A stretch of DNA of 29,304 bases from Paraspadella gotoi (Eukaryota; Animalia; Chaetognatha): positions 3,686,272 through 3,715,575 of the forward strand of contig CM119267.1 in NCBI GenBank assembly GCA_051294375.1. Reading direction: 5' to 3'. Every line of letters begins with the position of its first letter. Position 1 is the first letter of the stretch. Below are positions 22,802 through 29,304 of the stretch, piece by piece. A program made the translations under genes and the position numbers. The notes beneath the pieces were generated by a model. It ran no database searches and had not been told where the DNA came from. It saw only the letters and a list, made by a program, of their open reading frames with translations.

Positions 22802-23045
22802 GAGAAAATGAGAGAGAGAGAAAGGGTGAGAAATATGTAGACTCTAGAGAGAGGGAGAGAGAAAGAGAGAGAGCGTGAGAAATAGAAGGAGAGAGAAAGG
22901 GAGAAAGAGAGAGAATGAAAAAGAGAGGAAAAAAGAGAGATAGAGAGAGAGAGAAAGATAAAGAAACAAAGAAAGAAAGATAGAGAGATAAATAGAGAGA
23001 GAGAGAAAGAGAAAAAAAGAAAGAGAGATAGAGAGAGAGAGAGGT
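22590..23045. repeat. (AG)n/(AAAG)n purine-rich low-complexity tract, representative of many similar tracts (e.g. 1770-1890, 2140-2660, 3500-3590, 10045-10230, 16160-16850, 27500-27730)
   Basis: Directly visible. Confidence 0.95.
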
Positions 23046-23160
23046 AAAAGCGAGATATCTTGAATAGTCCAAATGGAAATGACGTAGAAGAAGAAAAGCA
23101 AAGAAAATATTTTTCCTTTCCACATGAATTCAAATTGGGATGAAATTCTTTTTTAAAAAT

Positions 23161-23195
<35 letters not shown>

Positions 23196-23439
23196 NNNNN
23201 NNNNNNNNNNNNNNNNNNNNNNNNNNNNNNNNNNNNNNNNNNNNNNNNNNNNNNNNNNNNNNNNNNNNNNNNNNNNNNNNNNNNNNNNNNNNNNNNNNNN
23301 NNNNNNNNNNNNNNNNNNNNNNNNNNNNNNNNNTCAAAAGAATTCGGTTCCGGTTTTTTTCCCTCGATTTTTTTTCTTTTCTTCCAACGACGACGATTCG
23401 CGTCTTCATGATTCCAGTCAAATCCACTCGTTTTTCAAA

Positions 23440-23487
<48 letters not shown>

Positions 23488-23529
23488 TTCGTTGTCGTCG
23501 TCGTCGCCATCGTAGTCATCGTCGTCGTC
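23440..23529. repeat. (GTC)n trinucleotide microsatellite
   Basis: Directly visible. Confidence 0.95.
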
Positions 23530-23883
23530 ATTTTTTAAAATTTATTTGTTACAAATTTCTTTTCGATGTTAATACTTTTTATTACGAAATTAGTACAACC
23601 AATATAAAGATAATCCTCTCATTTAATAAGTAAGCTATCTTGCCCCTGACTTTGGTCTTTGGACTTTGGATACTAACGCAGCAGTTTTCTAAGTCTTCTA
23701 TAAGATTTATATCTTATTGTGATATTCGCTTCATTATTTTCACTTCTTCATTGTATTCAGGGTCGTCGTCGTCATCATCGTCATCGTTATCGTCCATATT
23801 ATCGTCACTTTTCCCGTCTTTTTTTTGACCAGGATTTCCCTTTTGTCTTTCGCAAATCCGTCTCCTTTTTTCTCGCGATAAGA

Positions 23884-23990
23884 GATATCGAAACCTCATC
23901 TCTGCTCAAGGGCCTCTCTCTATCTGTCTCTCTCTCTCAGATATCGAAACCTCATCTTGCTCAAGGCCTCTTCTATCTGGTTCTCTCTCT
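23884..23990. repeat. Two-copy tandem duplication, ~56-bp unit
   Basis: GATATCGAAACCTCATCT...GCTCAAGG...CTATCTG occurs at 23884 and 23940. Confidence 0.85.
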
Positions 23991-24283
23991 CTCTCTCTTC
24001 TTCTTCTCTCTCTCCTCCTCCCTCTCTCTGTCTCCTCTTCTCTTTCTCTCTCCTCTGTCTTCTCTTTCCCCCACTCTCTCTCTCCCAACCTCTCTCTCTC
24101 TCTATCTCTCTCTGCTCAACTATCTATCTCTCTCTCTCTTCCTCTCTCACACACTACTCTTTCATTCCCTCTTATTGACACACTTCAGTGTTGAAAATAC
24201 TATCAGCTTCGACTAATAGTTTCCTGGACGGTTTTGTGCTGTCTCAAAGGCTTCGCCCATTTTTTTTTGGTCTATCTCTCTTC

Positions 24284-25198
24284 TTTTTATCGAGCCTTAC
24301 CGCGAAGCCGGTGTCAGCTCTATAATGTTTTAGGTTGCTTCTTTGTGACGTAGTCGTCGTCCGGCGTCGTCGTCGTCGTCGGGTCACGGCGTTTTTATTA
24401 AAAAAACTAGCTACGCTTTTATAGGTTTGGCTGTACTTACCGTTTTTTTTTAAAATAAAAATTATTATGAATTTGATAAAGTTTTACAAAAGTGTGCGAT
24501 CATAAGTAAGTTAAAAATTTAGATATGGCTTTTCATCTTGAAATACTGTGATATTTCATATTACATTTGGATTTAAGTATTTTTTTTGTTTGAAAATTTC
24601 CACTTCATTATGATTAAACTCAATATGGCAAATGAGATTAAAGTACTATTATAACTCAATTTAGTATATAAAAATGCTTAATCTAATTTACATATTGCCA
24701 GTATATAATATTGAAAGATGAAATTCATAAAAAAATTTTTTTAAATTCTAATAAAAATGGGAACTCAAAGGATTTTTTTTAATGAGAAGCTATATCTTAA
24801 TTTTAATACAAATAAAAATAAAATCTTTTACAAGCTGCGATTGGAAAAAATTGGAAAAGTTTCCAATTGTAAACCATTGTAACATTTTTTTGCCTTTCTT
24901 TTATTATTTTTAATTATATATATTTTTTTTTAGGCGCTGCCTTTTCTGAATCGTTTAAAAACGAGTTCATTTTCTCTCTGTCTCTCTTGTGTGCGATCTC
25001 TTGCGTGATCGTTTCGTTTTTTGAAAAATTCTGATTATTTTTTTCTTTCTAAAAACATATCACAAATAATTCTTCGACTTCAGGGCCCAGCGTCCCTGTT
25101 CCTTTGTCTGAATCGTCTGTAGCATAACAAACCTGTAATGAGGTTCACAGGCTCTGCTCTTCCTCCCTGTACCGCTCTCTTCCCTTTTCTGTCTCTAA

Positions 25199-25229
<31 letters not shown>

Positions 25230-25574
25230 TTTTTACAAAACAAAAATTATCACTTTGTATTACCACCGTTTTTTGAAAAATTCTTATGATTTCTTTCCCT
25301 TCTAAAAACTTTTATTATCGCCATTTATTCGCGCTTCTTTCTCAATACAAAATCCAAATTTACATCTGAATTTCGTGGATTTTTTTGAGAAAAATGTGAA
25401 GAATAACTACTTGACCTGGGAATTCGTGGCCGTTGGCGGGGCAACGAGTAAACAATGTGAGGAACATGACTATCCGCTGATAACGCGTTACGTGTATAAA
25501 AAAAATCAACTTGACCGAGATCACGCCGGATATAAACAAGAGTGACTTAATATTGCGTATCGTGGCGGGAAAAC

Positions 25575-25605
<31 letters not shown>

Positions 25606-25606
25606 T

Positions 25607-25657
<51 letters not shown>

Positions 25658-25730
25658 CTTCTCTCTCTCTTTTTTTTTTTTTTTTACAAAAAAAAAAATT
25701 ATTCACTGTAAACGAGTAAACCGAGTTCGG

Positions 25731-25781
<51 letters not shown>

Positions 25782-26710
25782 CTATCTGTCTCTCCTTCTC
25801 TTTTCCTTCTTTCTATCCTTTTTTCTGTACAAAAATAAATTTTTAGTCACCTTTTTTTTTACCATCCGTCTGGGCGTCGATTAAAAACGAGTTCCGGCTC
25901 TCTCTATCTCTCTCTCTCTCTCTCTTTTTTTTTTACAAAAAAAAAATTTTTTAGTCACTTTTTTTTTCATCTCTAAACTCTTTCTCTCCCTCTCTCTCTT
26001 CTCTCTCTCTATGTACGACCGTTCGTTTTCTGAAAAATTCTTATTATTTTTTTCCTTCTAAACAACTTTTATTATCGCATTTATTTTTTTTTCTCTATAC
26101 AAACATCCCAAATTTACATCGAGATTTTCATGGATTCATTTTAAGAAAAAAAAAATGCAGGCAATTGTCACATGTACATCAGCTGCTGCTGTACCATATA
26201 GCTGCTATATGTCCGGCAATTGCGCGATTAATTTAATTCATATATAACTTTCTTCTACAAAAAAATTTTTTTGTTTTTGTTTATTACTGTAACTTTGGAC
26301 CGGTCGGCCCACTATTGGCAATTATATCTAAAATAGGAGTTGAGAAGAGAGATATTGTCAAAATTAAACATTACTTTTTTTTGTTATTCTAACAATTTTT
26401 AAAATTAAAATTGTAAATTTTTTTTAGTGTATATATTTAATCATTTTTTTATTTCTTTTTTTAAAATATAATTTTTGAGTTGGGATAATATTTATAAATT
26501 AGTTAAATATGCAAATATGAATATTTGACCTCGGTCTGGTTTCTTTCTTAAAAAAAAAAGAACAATCTAAAATTTCATTCAAAGGAAAGGAAAAGAGTTT
26601 CGTCCCTACTCAGATACGTCGAAAAAACGAGTTCAGCTCTGCAGGGCGGTCCAGTCTGATTATACTTTTATAACGAGAGTGAAAACTGACCAGCTCCTCA
26701 CTCTTTCTCT

Positions 26711-26752
<42 letters not shown>

Positions 26753-27052
26753 TCACATACGTCATTTGTTTGTTTATTTACGATGAATGACTCATCGCGT
26801 CAAAGAATTTGACTATCATCGCACTCCAATGGAAATGACTTATCATCATATCAGCTGAACTGATTATCATCACATCAATACATGACATCATCGCAATTCA
26901 ATCATTTGATTATCCATCCACATCCAGTATTTTATTGATCCCGCACAATTATTGGTTATCACGCATTCAATATTGTTTATCATCGCATCCAATATTGGCT
27001 TAATCATCAAAGTAAGGCTCGCTTCCTTATGCTGATTTTGCTTAAGATTTTT
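24284..27052 (+). mobile_element. Non-autonomous Helentron-type element (HINE / DINE-1-like), ~2.75 kb
   Basis: 5' T-run followed by subterminal IR CGAGCCTTAC (24291-24300) inside an imperfect hairpin (GAGCcttACCGcgaagcCGGTgtcaGCTC). A (CGT)n microsatellite follows at ~24349-24381. The 3' partner GTAAGGCTCG is at 27012-27021, followed by a stem-loop CTTATGC-tgatttt-GCTTAAG (27026-27046) and a T-run. No TSD is evident. The flanks are joined without the element at ~28570-28590. Confidence 0.8.
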
Positions 27053-28046
27053 CTTCTTTTTCTTTGTTACTTTTATTTTATTCTTTCTCACGTCCGTATC
27101 ATTCTTTTTTACATCCAAGTTTATTTATTATTTTTAAATATTTTTTTCTTTTGGAATTTTTCAATTTTTTTTTTTTCAGTCGCTTTCGATTCCCTTGACT
27201 TTCATACTATACTATTTCATTATATACATACTATACTTATGTCTTTCCCCTTCCCGTTCTGCATCGTGAATTTTGTTCGCTGAGAGGCAACGATGTTATA
27301 AATATCGTCGTCTCGTGCCGTCGTCGTCTTGTACGTCGTCGTCGTCTTGGGCTCAAATCTCAAGCGAATTTTCGTCATGAGTCCAAATGAGTACGCAAAC
27401 AGATCATGAAAAATAAGGAGAAAAGAAAAGAAAAAATGGACTTGTGGAAAAGAGAAGGAAAAAAAACAAGATGAATCCGGCGACAAAAAATGATATTATG
27501 AGGAGGAGGATGAGGGAGAGGAGGGGGGGAGGAGAGGAGGAGAGGAGGAGGGAGAGGATGAGGAGAGAAGGAGAGGAGGAGAAGAGGGGGAGAGGAGGGA
27601 GGACAGACGGAGGGGGAGAAGGAGGAGGTAGCAGGAGAGGGAGGAAGAAGGGAGGAAGAGGACGGAAGGAGAAGCAAGGGGAGGAGAGGAAAAAGAGGTG
27701 ATTGGAAGAGGAGGAGAAGAGGAGGAGGATGGAAGAATGTCCCAGGGCAGAAAAAGCGAAGAAAATTGAAGTCAATTCGGATTCGGGGGGGGGGGGTGGG
27801 TCGGAGAATCGTTGTGGTGAATTTCCTCTGAAGATCATCACAGAATCAGAAAAAGGACTCGCTGATGTCCGAATATGATTATCAGTTTCAATTGTCATTA
27901 TCTGATTTTTTTGCTGTCGTTTCTTCTTTTGCGTCACGAATTGGCTCAATTTCTCGTCTTAATATTTAATAACCTAGTTTTTCGCCATATAAAAAAAAAA
28001 TTCGAAAGAGGATTTCAAAGATCGGGAAAATAAAACCGTTTTATCT

Positions 28047-28091
28047 ATACATACATAATACATAATACATACATACATACATACATACATA
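28047..28091. repeat. (TACA)n microsatellite
   Basis: Directly visible. Confidence 0.9.
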
Positions 28092-28254
28092 ACATGATTC
28101 CTATTATGATCCAAAATATTTATCTGTAAATATTGCTCAATTTAGCACCGTTCCATTTATGTATTATTATCCGTCCAGTATTAAATCTATCCATTATTCC
28201 AATCATTCCTCCAGATGAAATTATGTGATNNNNNNNNNNNNNNNNNNNNNNNNN

Positions 28255-28815
28255 GGTTTTCTCCGGTCCGTGTCTTGTCTCTCTCTCCCACTCTCTCTCC
28301 CAAAACTCTACCGTCTGCTATCTCCTCTCTCTCTCTCTCTCTTTTCTCTCTCTCTCTCTCTTCTTCTTCTCTCTCTCTCACTCTTCTATCTCTCTCTCTC
28401 TCTCTCTCTCGTCTCTCCTCTCTCTCTCTCTCTTTGGCTTCTCTCTCTCTGCTCTCTCACTCTCTTTCATTCCCTCTGTATTGACACACTTCAGTGTTGA
28501 AAATACTAAGCTTCGACTAATAGTTTTCCTTTGGACGGTTTGTGCTTCTCAAAGCTTCGCCCATTTTTTTGGTCATTTCTTTTTCTTTTTTTCTTTCTTT
28601 TTCTTTTTACTTTTATTTTCTATTCTTTCTCACGTCCGTTCATTCTTTTTTTACATCCAGTTTTTTATTATTTTTTTAAATATTTTTTTCTTTTGGATTT
28701 TTCAATTTTTTTTTTCAGTCGCTTTCGATTCCTTGACTTTCATACTATACATATTTCATATTATACATATATACTTATGTCTTTCCCCTTCCCGTCTGCA
28801 TCGTGAATTTTGTTG
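28255..28815. repeat. Direct duplicate of ~24000-24272 joined to ~27050-27280 (empty-site version)
   Basis: TTGACACACTTCAGTGTTGAAAATACT...CTTCGCCCATTTTTTTGGTC matches ~24175-24272. It continues directly into ATTCTTTCTCACGTCCGT...CTGCATCGTGAATTTTGTT, which matches ~27080-27277. Confidence 0.9.
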
Positions 28816-28859
28816 CGAAAAAGAGAGAGAATGCCCGCATTATCTGTTTCATGATTATT

Positions 28860-29049
28860 AAAACTTAAATTTAACCTAAATTTTTAATTTAGTAGTAGTG
28901 CCTAACTTTAATCATCAAACTTATCACTAAATCTAATCATAAACTATATCTCTAACCTTAACCTTTATCTTAATCCTTATAATATAAATATTGAAACTTA
29001 ATTCCAAAATTTAAGATGAAATCAGGCGTTTCAGCAAAATAAGCCCAAA
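28860..29049. repeat. Second member of the dispersed repeat at 5365-5656
   Basis: Same TAACCT-rich tract plus the conserved ~50 bp 3' block. Confidence 0.65.
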
Positions 29050-29304
29050 GGAGTAATGGAAGCAGAAAAGAAGATCTGTCGACTCCGTAGTGAGAATTTG
29101 GGATTCAATTTAGAGGAAACGGGAGCGTGAGATTTTCCGTCGGAGATGTTTTTTTTCATCTTGTTAATTTTGTTTTCTCTTGGCAGAGCGACTAGTGGTT
29201 GGGTGCGATAAAAGAACGGTAGAATTAATCGCTATCAAGGTTGATAAAATTTGAATCTTTTTAGGATTGAAAAAAAAGTTCATGGATGTTTAATTGTTTA
29301 TATA

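Noticed and set aside
21315-23538. ORFs of 200-424 aa
   Set aside because: Mostly N gaps plus CT/AG low-complexity sequence.
23714-23899. Acidic ORF (DDNDDDDDDDDPEY) or RH-rich ORF on the other strand
   Set aside because: Explained by a degenerate (GTC/ATC)n repeat. Only a possible acceptor is present, with no supported donor or homology.
27404-27949. 181-aa ORF and neighbours
   Set aside because: Mostly translation of a (GGA/GA)n tract. The unique part has no recognisable motif.

Overview
Eukaryotic (probably invertebrate animal) draft-assembly scaffold: AT-rich, very rich in (AG)n/(CT)n microsatellites, with several N gaps and stretches of indel-noisy sequence. The dominant structure is a ~14 kb inverted repeat (arms ~6400-13379 and 13451-~20430) folding at a 71-bp spacer that resembles a degraded PacBio SMRTbell adapter. 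It is most likely a long-read fold-back artefact inserted during gap filling, not a biological palindrome. Only one clean gene is recognisable: a single-coding-exon EamA/DMT (SLC35G-like) transporter at 7054-7995 (-), mirrored as a frameshifted copy at 18874-19857 (+). Candidate exons of an unidentified spliced gene lie at ~9700-13100 (-). The best-supported mobile element is a ~2.75 kb non-autonomous Helentron/HINE (DINE-1-like) element at ~24284-27052, whose empty site is visible in a duplicated copy of the flanks at ~28255-28815. Other direct duplications look like uncollapsed haplotypes and expose further insertion polymorphisms. I found no convincing novel multi-gene system. Most ORFs in the track are translations of microsatellites or N gaps. 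All alignments were made by eye, so boundaries are approximate.
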